A DNA stretch of 64,000 nt, taken from the NCBI GenBank assembly GCA_964234715.1, contig OZ174279.1; one strand, given 5' to 3'. The notes under the pieces were generated by a model. It was given only the letters and a program-made list of their open reading frames with translations. It was not told the origin of the DNA and made no database searches. Of the stretch, positions 37,303-49,590 are shown piece by piece (the first letter of the stretch is position 1; the number at the start of each line of letters is the position of its first letter). Both the position numbers and the translations under genes were made by a program. This DNA is from Podarcis melisellensis (taxonomy: Eukaryota).

Positions 37303-39848
37303 CTGAAAGAAAAAGAGAATTAACATAATAAATATGTCTGAGCTACATCTGGATTTGCAGGCTCAAACTGCTAAATCAATACAATGCCATTAGTTACAGA
37401 GTTTTTCTGTGATATATGTGTGTGTAATTTATATGCTCTTCAGGTCCTTGGATTATGCTTGGAAGCTTAGAACATTACCAGTTATCATCATTATCATAAT
37501 CTCCTGTTAAAAGCAGGCAGCAGCACTCACCACAAGTTGTAGCAATTAGACAGGCTTCAAAAGTAGTGAAAGGAAAAACTGCAGTAGTTGATTCAAGTAG
37601 TTCCTAAGGCATGCACCACAGGGGTAAGTTTCCTATCTTCCAGGAAGGGGAAACATTTTCTGAATCAGATGCAACCCATAAGAAAAAACTATCATCACAG
37701 AAGTTCCTTAAACTGGATTCAGGAACAACCCTAATTAATAGACCTGCTTAGAGAGTGTGGATGACCCTACCAGGAAGAGCCAAGGTCACCTCATTTAAGC
37801 CAGGCAGGTTGTTAATCACCACCATTTCAATTCCATCTGCACTCCATAGTTAGTCCTCATTCAGTCTGGTTCAGCATTTAGATACTGCTTTACACTTGCT
37901 ATTGCTGCTCTGCTGAGAACGCATATTGGTGTAATTAGAATACTGATAACACCATTCCTCAAGTTTGAGATTATTTCACCACATATTTCATATATGTTTA
38001 GATCAGCGCACTTTGAGAATTGGTCTCAAGAGAAGACAATGGCCCAGTTCAGACAAACATATATAGGCTTCATAGGCACAAATATGCAGTTTAATATCCT
38101 GGCTTGCTTTGATCCAGGTAGGCACAAGCTTCCTGGTTCAGGAGCAACTGGAAACTATTGAACTAGGCCAGTGTATTTAAAATATACATGCATATTTTTA
38201 AAAGCTTCAATGACAAACTGCTTTCTTTATACTGACACAGAAACAAATAGAATTACAGCCACTGTATTACCTTTATATTGAAGAATTCTGTATTAGGAAA
38301 AACAGTGAGCTTGACTTTAGTAGAACTAACCATGTAATTTAAGTCTACTTCTAGACATCAATCTAAAAGTGTGCAAGACTGGGTGCTGAGCAGAACAATC
38401 ATATGTACAATCAGCTGTCAAATTGTATTTCAGAGGATTGACTGCTTTTCCTTTAGATACATGGAGGCAAATTCACTTGCAGACAAGAATTTTATCTTTC
38501 AAAAAACTGTAAGTCAACCCTTTATCTTCATGAATGTCTAAAAGGTTAACAAAGACAGATGGAAAAACCATGTTATTTCCAAAGCAGAAGATATCACAGT
38601 TTTTCCATTCCCAGGATTGGGGTGTCTGATACCCTTTTACTACTATAGGAAGGACTGGACCATTTCAAGATATAAATTGAATGATATGGAAGAGGTAATA
38701 AACAAAATTGCTCCCAGAAAATGACAAAATGTAAAACAAAACAAAATGTGTAACAGATATACATATACTACTATGACAACAACTATTGGTAATTACATTT
38801 GTAAACAACCCTTCATCCATAGATCTCAGGGCAGTTCACAACATTAAAAGTTGCTCATTAAAAGTACTGTTAACTGGCACACACACCATTACAAACAGCA
38901 ATTCTGAACCAGGGTGATGCTGGATTAAGGCCCATTGAGACCCACGATCAGCACAGATGCTCCCTGAGCCAGTCACCATCTCTCAGCCTAACCTACCTCA
39001 GAGGATTGTTGTAAGAATAAAATGGGGGAGGGGCTTAAAGAGAACCACCTATAGTATTCAAAATGATTTTTGACTTATTGGAAATTCTTTTGATAAGTGC
39101 TTAAACTAAGGTTGCAGTAGTTCATAGCATTACAAGTGTCTCATTTTAAAAAGCGGGGAAAGTACAGATCACCATTCTTTTGGACGACAATATCCAATGT
39201 GACACCCTCAAGAAGTTTGAGTCTACAACCAACCTCTACCATTGACCAGGCAACTTTGTTGGATGCAAAATGGATATGTTAAATTAGAGAAAAACTAGTA
39301 CTGCACATGTCCAGAAACACATTGGCTTGTCTTTTAGCAATAGTTACTTCAGTGTTTGCCAGTTGTCACTGCCACCTAGTGGTTAAAAACAGGCAAAGAA
39401 GGTTAGGCACCCCAAGTTACAGAACGTTTGGTCGGGCATGGTTTGATAAAATAGAACTGTCTTTACACATACTGTACACTTCATCAGAAAAGGTATAATG
39501 AGGGTTCTACATGTGCCTACTATAGAAAATTGCAGTCTGTTTCTGTAAGAACTGAACTTTTATTCAATAAATCAATCTGTAGAGATAAGAAAACCTTTCA
39601 GACCAGTGCAGAAATTCAAGATGAATCTACATCCACAGGGAAAGGAGAGATGGTTTTTGTAAGCCAAGAGTTCTACAAATAAAATTGCTAATCTGAATGT
39701 CTTCCATTAGCTCTCGATCTAATTACTGAAACAAAAAAAGCTAATGTTGCAACTGAATGCCAAGGCCAACATATCCTTTTACGTCCATGTCTTAAAAACA
39801 CTACTTGTAAGTTAAAACTCAATCTACTAAATGTCTGCTTTTACTTAC

Positions 39849-39957
39849 CCAATGAACTCGAGGAGTAGTGACATGTCAAGCTCTGGAGGGATACGGAAAA
39901 CCGAGCCTACAACTTTACGGGGCCTCCCCCGGGCTATAGCAATTGGCTGTGGAACAG
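39849..39957 (-). CDS. PCGF6: PCGF6 exon 6
   Basis: [37 protein letters not shown]; 109 nt. Confidence 0.93.
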
Positions 39958-40439
39958 CTAGGATAATAGAAAGAAAAACAAAACTAGAAAACAAAGAATA
40001 TATTTCCCACCTACAACAAGATACATGATGAAAGAACAAGTTACACGGACTTGTATCTTAGTTCAGAAATGCACTGCCTAATTCCTATCGGGGCTATTAA
40101 AATGTTTTTACTAACTCAAGAGTGACAACACTGTTTTTTCTGTGATTAATGTAGCATTTTGTTACAATTTTAACCCACATTTTCTTTCAACCCACTGGCC
40201 TGGTTCACGTGACATGGTAAGCCAAACCATGCTTACATGGATTACAAGGGCTGCTGGAGAAAGGACCTTGCAACCACTTTGTTCCTTTCCAATCCTTTTT
40301 ACTTCTGTGCTATGCTGAGCTAAGCCAAGGTTTGGCTTAGCATGTCATCCAAACTGGGCCTTGTGTTTTAGAGCTTATCTTACTAAAACACAAGCTATAG
40401 CCAAGAACCTATAGTTAACACAACGCAAGTAGTTGTCCC

Positions 40440-40730
40440 AAGGAAGATGGAGCAAATGTTTTATTCTGCTCTGGAGACTAGGACCTGAACCAATGGATTC
40501 AAGTTACAAGAAAGGAGATTCTGACTAAACATCAGGAAGAACTTTCTGCCAGTAAGACCTGTTCAACAGTGGAACAGTTTTTCCTGGAACTCTCCTTCCT
40601 TGGAGGTTTTTAAACAGAGGTTGGCTGGCCATCCACCTGTCATGGATACTTTAGCTGAGATTCCTGTATTACAGGGAGTTGGACTAGACTCTCAGGGTCC
40701 CTTCCAACTCTACAATTCTGATTCTATGAT
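40440..40730 (+). mobile_element. CR1 LINE 3' end
   Basis: Typical CR1 terminus GGTCCCTTCCAACTCT...ATTCTGATTCTATGAT. Confidence 0.88.
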
Positions 40731-40771
40731 ACAGCATGAGCACAGTTCTCTGCCATTTTAACAAGAATCAC

Positions 40772-41291
40772 TGTTAACTTAGTAACTGGCTAGTAAGCCA
40801 AAGTTATCGGTGGATGCAAGTATTCTCCTATATTAGATGAATTTGGACAGGCCTTGATGTTGTCATAAATGCACAGGAAGAGTTCATAAGCAATGGATAT
40901 CCCAAATTCCCAAAGGGTGCCACAGACAAGAAAGTCTAGCATCATTGTGGGAAAATGATTGCTTGTACATAAGAGCATGAGCAAAGTTCTTAATGTTGCA
41001 AGGTGATTTCATAGCAGGAGGCCCGCTTGGAGCATGATCAACGCGTGGACAGCTCATGCTGTCCCAATGATTGGTCCACGTAGCATAGCCTGATCGACTA
41101 CGTGGCCTGGTGTGATGGCATGGCATTGTCCTTATCTGCTGGCTGAGAAAAAGTTGCTTTCCTTGTATTTGTATCTTTTTGAGTTCACACAATAAAGTGT
41201 TGGCTGCAGCCGCTGCAGCAGCAGCCAGAATTCTTCAACCCATCTCTGTGTGAGACTGATTATTACTGATGGCGAGCAGGTTCTCGTCACA
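40772..41291 (+). mobile_element. Probable solo LTR (ERV/Gypsy-like)
   Basis: TG...CA termini, AATAAA at 41191-41196 with a U5-like tail, imperfect 4-bp TSD TCAC/TCAT. Confidence 0.5.
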
Positions 41292-41895
41292 TCATAGCAC
41301 ATTTGCTATGATGGTCTGATCTAATCATATATATTGTGCTGTGCATGCATGATCTAGTAATCCTTTCTCTACTCTTCACTCTATTTTGAGCCTTAAAAAC
41401 CCTAGCTGTCTTTCACAGACATGAACAAAATCACTACACAATTCTTCTTAGCAAAAAATGCTGACTACATAATTCATTTGTGAATATCACAACTCTAAAC
41501 TGCCCTGCTATCTTATAGCACATTAATAAGAGAATCTTTAAGCTAGTTAATTAAGCTTAATAATACTCTTGTGGGGCAGATAAGTTACTGTACTATTATT
41601 TTCATTCTGGTGGGGTAGGAAAAGGAAACATTAAACAGCTTAATCAGGTTCAATGAACAATGACAGTTGCTCAGTCAATCATCTGTCATCCTTCTAAATA
41701 CTGTACCAATTACACTATCCTACTTGGAACACGTTTCATGATCATACCCATGGGACATCCCCTAGCATCAGCCTGACCATAGTCTGTGGTTAGAAAGCTG
41801 AGCTACCTGATCCACTGGAATAAAGCGGCATGACAATTCTTACATACATATTTTTAAATAGCAATGCTGCTACTATAGTTGTTATAAAAACTTAC

Positions 41896-41955
41896 CAGGC
41901 TTAGGTATTTCCAAACCTCTCTCTCGGTAGAAATCATGCATTTGCTTTTTCTCTC
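41896..41955 (-). CDS. PCGF6: PCGF6 exon 5
   Basis: (R)EKKQMHDFYRERGLEIPKP; 60 nt. Confidence 0.93.
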
Positions 41956-42336
41956 CTAAAAAAATGCAATACAAAATATTTTTGCTATGTTTGCTCCACA
42001 TAGAAAATACAATGCATAGATGTGTGCAGAATCTGTGGCTCTCAGTATGTTATTGGGCTCAAACCCCCTCCGGCTCCAGCCAGGAAGGCGAACTATCAGG
42101 GATGATGGGAGTTGTAGTTCAACAACAGCTGGAGAGCACAGGTTCCCCCAACCCCAGTATAGATATATTTTCTCAAACTACCGGTAGTTGGTTAGAGATA
42201 CAAAACATGCAAACTAAAGAATCCATCATTATCATTCAGCAGGATTTTCATACATTTATAGTATTGTGTCATCTAAAGATTCTTAAGTCAGCAAAAAGAG
42301 AGGAAAAGTCTTAAAACAGAAGCAGTTAAGATATAT

Positions 42337-42646
42337 AAGGTAAAGGGACTCCTGACTGTTAGGTCCAGTCGCGGACGACTCTGGGGTTGTGGCGCTCATC
42401 TCGCTTTATTGGCCGGCGTACAGCTTCTGGGTCATGTGGCCAGCATGACGAAGCCGCTTCTGGCGAACCAGAGCAGCGCACGGAAATGCCATTTACCTTC
42501 CCGCCGGAGCGGTGCCTATTTATCTACTTGCACTTTGACGTGCTTTTGAACTGCTAGGTTGGCAGGAGCAGGGACCGAGCAACAGGAGCTCACCCCGTCG
42601 TAGGGATTCGAACCGCCGACCTTCTGATTGGCAAGCCCTAGGCTCT
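42337..42646 (-). mobile_element. Sauria SINE, 5'-truncated
   Basis: Reverse complement of the family at 3935 and 6677. Confidence 0.88.
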
Positions 42647-42900
42647 AGAATCAGACTCCTTTGTCCAGCCACTGTTCACAATATTTAAAGCTCTTCTCTA
42701 CAACCAAAATGCCTACCAACAGCTGAGGATCTCAGATGGTTGTGTGACAAACTACATGATGGGGTTCATGCTTCTGCAGTCACAGAAAACAGACACAGCC
42801 CTTATATCAAGAACCAAGGCAATTTAGGAATTATCTAATTTGCAGCTAACACATTCTCTGGTGAATCTAAATAGCACTAGGCTCAAAATAAAAGACTTAC

Positions 42901-42956
42901 TTTCTTCCAAGCTGACAACTAATTTATACACTATGTCTTGCAACTGTCGATCCAGC
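42901..42956 (-). CDS. PCGF6: PCGF6 exon 4
   Basis: LDRQLQDIVYKLVVSLEE; 56 nt. Confidence 0.93.
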
Positions 42957-43478
42957 CTGCAGAAGTAGAATAAAAATATTAATTAAATTAGTGATTGAAT
43001 ATGGGTTGTGGTAGTGAACTGTTGAAGAGCCGCAGGAGAGGAACTAGAAGCTATTTTCAATGGCATACCTAGATTTGCAGGTTTCCCTATCTTGGGAAAG
43101 ATTTGAGGTTCAAGCCAAAATATCTCAGTTACAAAAGCAACTTTACAACCATCTTTGAAGCAATGCAGTGGCGCACCAGAGGAAATAAGAAGTCTCAAAC
43201 AACCCTTGTGTGGGAAAGTTTCAAGACCAGGGAGGCAAATCTTTTGGATATGCAAAACTTTTGTTGGTAAACAATAAAGCGAATTGTGTGAGGTGCTAGA
43301 CCTTTTATGAGACAGCAACGTTTCCCTCCAGTGCATATAGCAAGTTAGAAGTATTTTTCAAGTTCCAATAATATATTTTAGTCCAAAATAGAAATATCAG
43401 TGTTATCTGAAAACCATTGCTTCTTTTACACACACACACACAAAATATAGATAAACAATTATAATTAAAATATATTAC

Positions 43479-43575
43479 CTGATATTATAAAGGGGTTGCG
43501 TCTGATGTACTACAATGTTGCATTTTGGGCATCTGTTACTGTAGTAAAAATGTCTTACTATGCAGCTTTTACAGA
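43479..43575 (-). CDS. PCGF6: PCGF6 exon 3
   Basis: (F)[37 protein letters not shown]-terminal half; 97 nt. Confidence 0.95.
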
Positions 43576-43921
43576 CTGTAGGAGATAAATTTTGCAGTTA
43601 CAGGCCTATAATGTAGTAGTACACAAGTTCCAAAGATAATACAGAATACAGTATATAGCATGTGTCACCTAAAATGCAGAGCAACTGTAGAATGTGTGTG
43701 TGTGGAGGATAAAAACTTTTTCAATTGATTTCTGCCCTACTTTTTGATACAAAATTTCAAAGGCTTACTAAAATCTTACTGAAAAAACTTATTAAGAATA
43801 AGTCTTGAATAGTGGTATGCAATATGTATTTACTTGATATCAATCTCTCCCTTTTCATACTGAAGGATCCACAACATGTTTACATAAAATAATACAATTT
43901 TTATTAAGGTTGATTCTAGGT

Positions 43922-44057
43922 CAGGCATAGGCAAACTCGGCCCTCCAGATGTTTTGGGACTACAATTCCCATCATCCCTGACCACTGATCCTGTTAGCTA
44001 GGGATGATGAGAGTTGTAGTCCCAAAACATATGGAGGGCTGAGTTTGCCTATGCTTG
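43922..44057. mobile_element. Palindromic hAT (Charlie-like) MITE
   Basis: Near-perfect hairpin; 8-bp TSD TTCTAGGT/TTCTAGCT (NTCTAGAN-like). Older copies near 17961, 23427, 42020, 48950 and 55140. Confidence 0.85.
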
Positions 44058-45140
44058 TTCTAGCTGCTCCAACTCCCAATGCTACTCTGAGGTGGTATAT
44101 AACCCTCCCCCTCAAATTACTGCAACTCTTCCCACTGTCTTTTATCCCTCTTACTTTCCCAGCTGCTGCAAACGGAATGGTCTGTTGCCTGGCTGGGCAC
44201 TCCTTATTCCTTTCACTGTCAAAATGCATATCATCTCACAGTCCAAGAACCGAAAGGGAGGAGCCAGGTGCAGCAGCTGCACCTAAAGCAAGCTACTTTG
44301 AGCATGTGCTTTCATGCAGAAAGCCCTGGGTTCAATCTTTTGCATCTATATTGTGTGTGTGTTTAGGATCAAATACCAGAGCATGTGAAACACCTCTACC
44401 AGAACTTAGAAAGCTGCTGTCAGGCAGAGTAGATAAACAAATACTCTGCCCCGATTAAAGGCAACTTCCTAGGTTCCTAACCAGCAGGCAATATGAAGAC
44501 TCTGGGCTGGGCAAGTATGGAATAAATACAAGGAAAACTACTATTTCTTGGACTGCACAGCAGTAACATCTGTGTGCAGTACCTCAGGCTTCAGCTGTCA
44601 CCCAATGACTCCAGGGATTTTGGATTACAGCATATTTCTACTGTTATTTGTAGTACAATACTACTTTTAATGTCATATTTTTTATAAATTGCTTTCTGGT
44701 CACTGACCGTATTAAAGATATTTGATTTTTGGATTACAGAACCCACTCCAGATCTGCATCTGCATATGGTCATCTACAGCCTAGCCATGACATTCAGGTT
44801 AAGGAGCAGCAGAAGCTGAAGTCAGGGTAGTTATTTAAGTAGAAGAAAATGTGCTAAGATCTATTTAGGAAGCTGAATATGAAAGGCAAATAAAGGAATG
44901 ATTTATTTTAATTTATTTCAGAACATGATCATGGAGAATTTTGGGGTGGGGGTAGTATAATCCAAGACATACTGTAGCTGGATTGTTTAGAATTTCCAGG
45001 GCCCCTCTTAGAGGCATCCACCACTATGCAGTTACCACAATTAATACAACATTGTTTTACATTATCACCAAAATGTACTTAGGCTTGATATTTCTGCATA
45101 GATAACATCAAAGCTTCTGTTGAGTAAGAAATTAATATTA

Positions 45141-45323
<183 letters not shown>

Positions 45324-45456
45324 TTATTGTTTGATTAAAGCACAGCATTAGAAGTGAAGTGGGGATTTTCCTGAACACGGTCTTTTTAATTTTGTTGTGA
45401 ACTGCTTTGTGAACCATTTAAGTGAAAACATATGTAAACATATAGAATAAATGAAA

Positions 45457-45925
45457 TTAAGAGCATAAGAAGAGCTTCCTGGAACAGGCCAATGGCCAAT
45501 GGCTCATCTTGTCCAGTATCCTGTTATCACAGTGGCCAACCAGATGCTCATGGGAAACCTGCAAGCAGAACCTGAGCATCAGAACATTCTCCCTTCCTGC
45601 AGTTTCCAGCAACTGGTATTCAGAAACATTACTGTCTCTAGCCGTGGGAGATGGTGAGGAGTATTTCACTGGAGACACACAAAAGATGTCACATTGTGAG
45701 AAAACACAGAGCAAGCAAAACGTATATAGGAAAGGGCCATAAACTCTGTGGTAGGTCGTCTGCTTTGCATGCAGAAAATCACAGTTCAATCCTCGACATC
45801 TCTAGGTAGGGCTTTGGGAGACCATTGCTCAAAACTCTGAAGAGTTGCTGCCCGTCAGTGTGCACAATATTGAGCTAAATGTACCAATGGTCTGACTTGG
45901 TATAAGCAAGCTTCCTATGTTCCTG
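45457..45925. mobile_element. Two adjacent tRNA-derived SINEs (minus ~45457-45660, plus ~45730-45925)
   Basis: Plus copy has a tRNA-like head (GTGGTAG...TTTGCATGCAGAA...GTTCAATCC) and a TTCCTATGTTCCT tail; related copies near 2030-2190 and 44280-44480. Confidence 0.65.
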
Positions 45926-46357
45926 ATCCCACCGTTCCCAAGGAACTCACAGGAGAAGATTAGGTAAGAGAAAGAAGCCCAAGAGGTATCCAAGGAAAGT
46001 CAAAGCTGAGCAAGGATCTGAATCTGAAATCCCTAGCCAGCTCTCTAGCCACTGCACCACACTGGCTATATTTGGCACAGGGCATCATAAGAAGCGCTGT
46101 TTACATATTTATATCCCCATCCTTTCATCAGTGAGTTCCAGGAAAAAGTATATGTGTTGCCTGCTCCCACTTCCACCTTCACAACAAGCCTGTGAGGTAG
46201 GCTAGGCTGATAGATGGTGATCGATCCAAGGCCAGCGGAGGGAGGATTTGAACCTGCTTCTTCTCCATCCTAGTCCGACGGAATCTCACCCCATGGTGTC
46301 TGCTTCACCCAAGGGTGCCCCTGTGCTCCCCCTTAAGCGCACTGCCTCTTGTTTTAC

Positions 46358-46648
46358 CTCATCCTCATCTTCGCCTTCCTCCATCCCAAACCCCCCGAAG
46401 GGGTCCGTGGACCCCCCTCCTAAAGCTGCTGCTGCTGCTGCTGCTGCTGCTTCCTCCACCTCTTCTTCCTCTTCCTCATCCTCCTCCATCTCTTCGTTGC
46501 TGGACTCTGAGCGGCTTCCCGCTTCGAAGCGGGAGTTTTCCCCGGAGCAGCCCGGGGCTTCCAGACCCGCTATCGCTTCTTCATCGTCGACGTCCTCCTG
46601 CTCTCCCGCGCCCAGCCCCTCACCGGCCGCCTCCACCTCTTCGCTCAT
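46358..46648 (-). CDS. PCGF6: Polycomb group RING finger 6 exon 1
   Basis: GCGGCG-ATG start; acidic N-terminus MSEEVEAAG...EEGEDEDE; phase-0 donor GAG|GTAAAA fits exon 2. Ten exons total 996 nt = 331 aa. Confidence 0.85.
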
Positions 46649-47787
46649 CGCCGCGCCTTTGAGGGAAACAAATGCACGGGCCGCCTCGACCGACAAGGAG
46701 CAACCGAGGAAGTGCCTGGGGGGCGGCGAGGGTGAACGTAGTTCACACCCAAAGGAACTATTCCTGTCCTTTCTTTCCTATCTCTATGATCCTTCCCTAA
46801 ACGTGACTACAGCTTCAAGGCGCGTGCGCAAAGCCTCTTGGCGCGCACGCTTTCAGGGCATCTGCCTCGTTCACATACAACCCCTATGTACTCTGGGAAA
46901 CTGAGTTTTTTCTCTCTCTCGCAACGGTGAGCCAGCACTCTAGGTGTTTTTTTTACCTGTAAGCCGCCTTGAGTTCCAGTTACGGGGAAAGGCGGGGTAC
47001 AAATAAATATATAACAACGACATCAATACAGCAGCACTTGGTCTTAAAACTGAATTTTGATTCCTATTGTAATAAAATACATAAAATGGTTTTCTTAAAC
47101 TTAACGCTCGCTACTGCTTAATCACAGTTTTGATTAGACAATTTAAATGGGTGCATAGTGAAATCATTCTGATGCCAGTGTTGGTGAAAGGGTCAGTATT
47201 TAGTGCTTGCACAACATCATTATTGTTACATATTTGACTTTTTAGTCACTCGATACGAAAAATCTAAGCAATTTACAGAAGGGGATTATATAATATCCCG
47301 AGGTTCAGCTAAATCAACAAAATAGCCAACACGTTGTTTAGAATTGGCTTTTAAGTGTGTGAGGGTGCAGAAGACAGAAATACACCACCATTCGAGTTTC
47401 ACAGAACTCTCTCAAAGACATCTCAGAATCCTGCTCACTGACAACTTAAAATGTGGTATACGTTACACTTTTCACCTGTTATATTTGTCATAGGATATAT
47501 ACAACTGGGGAATAGACCCCTCTGTACAAGCCGCACCTATAATCTCTTGTAAACTTATAAACGGTCGCAGAATCATCGGGAGCATTTACCTGCGCTAGAT
47601 AGTTCTCCTTTTATTTTACAGTACAGTATTCTATTTGAAATCATTTCCCTCCAGTGGAACAGGAAGTGCCGTAAAGCGCCGCCCTAATTGTCGCGAGCAG
47701 CCCTTGGCCTCACGGCTGGATACCGTGCCCTCACTGTCGCAAAGCCGCGGGCTGCCTGAGTTGGAGGCGAGGCTGTCGGGTTCCATT
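46649..47787. promoter_or_regulatory. Head-to-head PCGF6/TAF5 promoter interval
   Basis: Two CpG-rich ends; ZNF143/THAP11-like motifs (ACTACAGCTTC ~46806; CTGGGAAACTGAGTT ~46893), NRF1-like GCGTGCGCA ~46822, ETS CAGGAAGTG ~47660. Confidence 0.6.
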
Positions 47788-48361
47788 ATGGCGGCTCTGC
47801 CGGAGGAGCCGGCCGAAGCAGTCACAGTGAAGCCGGACCCCGACGCGGGAGCGCCGCCGGCACCACCCCCTCCTCCTCCCGCTCTCCCTCAGTCGCCGGC
47901 CGCAGCAGCGGGAGCGACGGCGGCAGCGGGAGTCGCTGCCGCTCCCTCTGCCCCCTCGGCCGCCGCTCCTCTAGCGGAAGGGGGCGAGCCGTTGGCGGCA
48001 GGAGCCGACGCGAAGCCGCCGGTGGCGCCCAGCCCTGCGCCGCCCGCTTCGCAGCTGCCCACCGACCGGCAGACGCTGCTGGCTGTGCTGCAGTTCCTGA
48101 GGCGCAGCAACCTCCGCGAGTCCGAGGAGATCCTCCGCAGGGAGGCCCGGCTGCTCGCCGACGAGGTCGCGGCGGATCCCGGCTCCTCGGCGCCCGGAGT
48201 CCAGGCGTCCCATGGCGGGGAAGGGCAGGAGCCCGGCGGCGGCGCCCCCGGCTCTGGGGATGTGCTGCTCAGCTCGGTCACCTTTGGCCAGAGCGGGGCC
48301 ACCATCTCTCCGGGCGCTGCCGCGGCGCCTCCCGCAGTGGCCTTGGGGCCACCTGGGAAAG
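47788..48361 (+). CDS. TAF5: TFIID subunit 5 exon 1
   Basis: MAALPEE...; LisH motif DRQTLLAVLQFLRRSNLRESEEILRRE; donor AAAG|GTGAGC. Eleven exons give ~805 aa. Confidence 0.92.
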
Positions 48362-49352
48362 GTGAGCGAAGGGGTCGCTCGCAGGAGGGACCTTTGACAT
48401 TTGCACTGGCTGCTTTGTGACAGCTGAGGTCAAAATCCAGTTTTTTAATTCGCATGCTGTGGTCACCTAGTGTTATTGCAAAGGATTCGTTCTGCGAATT
48501 GTAATGACTTGACCAATTTATGTGTTTAGGGAAGCTTTTAAATGTTTGACAGACTATTGTATTTTAATATTTTGTTGGAAGCCGCTCACAGTGGCTGAGG
48601 AAACCCTGCCAGATGGGTGGGGTATAAATAATATATTATTATTATCATCATCATCATCATCATCTTGGAGTACACATTACTGTATATATTAAAAATTTTT
48701 TTTGTTAATCTGCTTGCTGTTTTGGGGCACTCCTATAAAGCTGTTGTTTATATTTTTATTCTCCCAAGCAATCAAAGTTAAAGTCTACAGTAAAATTAGA
48801 TTTAAAACCACACATAATACAGAAGGAATACAAAGTGTAGGCTACAGCTTCAGTTTCAAAATAACTAGGTGAGAGACTTAGTTATCACCTTTTATAACTA
48901 CATTTTGGGAAGTAGTATAATAGGAGGAATTGACGCCACTAATAGAATATTCTGTAGAGCAGAACTCCCATCAGCCTTAACTAGCATGACCAATGGCATA
49001 GGATGATAGGAGTTGTAGGTAAGGGGCTATACTGACTGCATAACCTGCTTATGAATGATATTTGATCCTGGATTATAATAATACAATTGAGCTTAGGGTA
49101 TGATTGAATGATGTCAATTTTTCATGTAAACATTTAGTTGAAAAGAAATTTGTTGCAGCATGTTTCTTAGTCATTTTCTCCGTGTCATTACTTATTAAAA
49201 GTGATAAAAATAGCACTGTTGCTGTACATGAAAATTTATGAAGCAGTATAAAGGGGAAAGAGGTTATTGTCTCAAGAAGCTTACACAGTTTAGAACTGAA
49301 ATAGTTACACAGAGTGCAAACATTGATTTACCCTTTATATGTTAATGCCTAG

Positions 49353-49590
49353 CAGTTGGAGTCTTTGTGGAAGATCAGCCAGATGTAAGTGCAGTACTGT
49401 CTGCCTACAATCAGCAAGGAGACCCAGCGCTTTATGAAGAGTACTACAGTGGACTGAAACACTTCATTGAATGTGCTCTGGACTGTCATCGAGCTGAGTT
49501 ATCGCAGCTTTTTTATCCTCTCTTTGTACATATGTACTTGGAGCTAGTCTACAATGGGCATGAAAATGAAGCAAAGTCCTTCTTTGAAAA
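49353..49590 (+). CDS. TAF5: TAF5 exon 2
   Basis: VEDQPDVSAVLSAYNQQGDP...FYPLFVHMYLELVYN; NAGNAG acceptor (start at 49353 or 49356). Confidence 0.92.

Noticed and set aside
46286-46357. Longer PCGF6 exon 1 using the GG|GTGAGA donor at 46290
   Set aside because: Phase 2, incompatible with phase-0 exon 2; at most an unproductive alternative donor.
46248-46904. 218-aa Ser/Ala-rich plus-strand ORF
   Set aside because: Antisense of the low-complexity PCGF6 exon 1.
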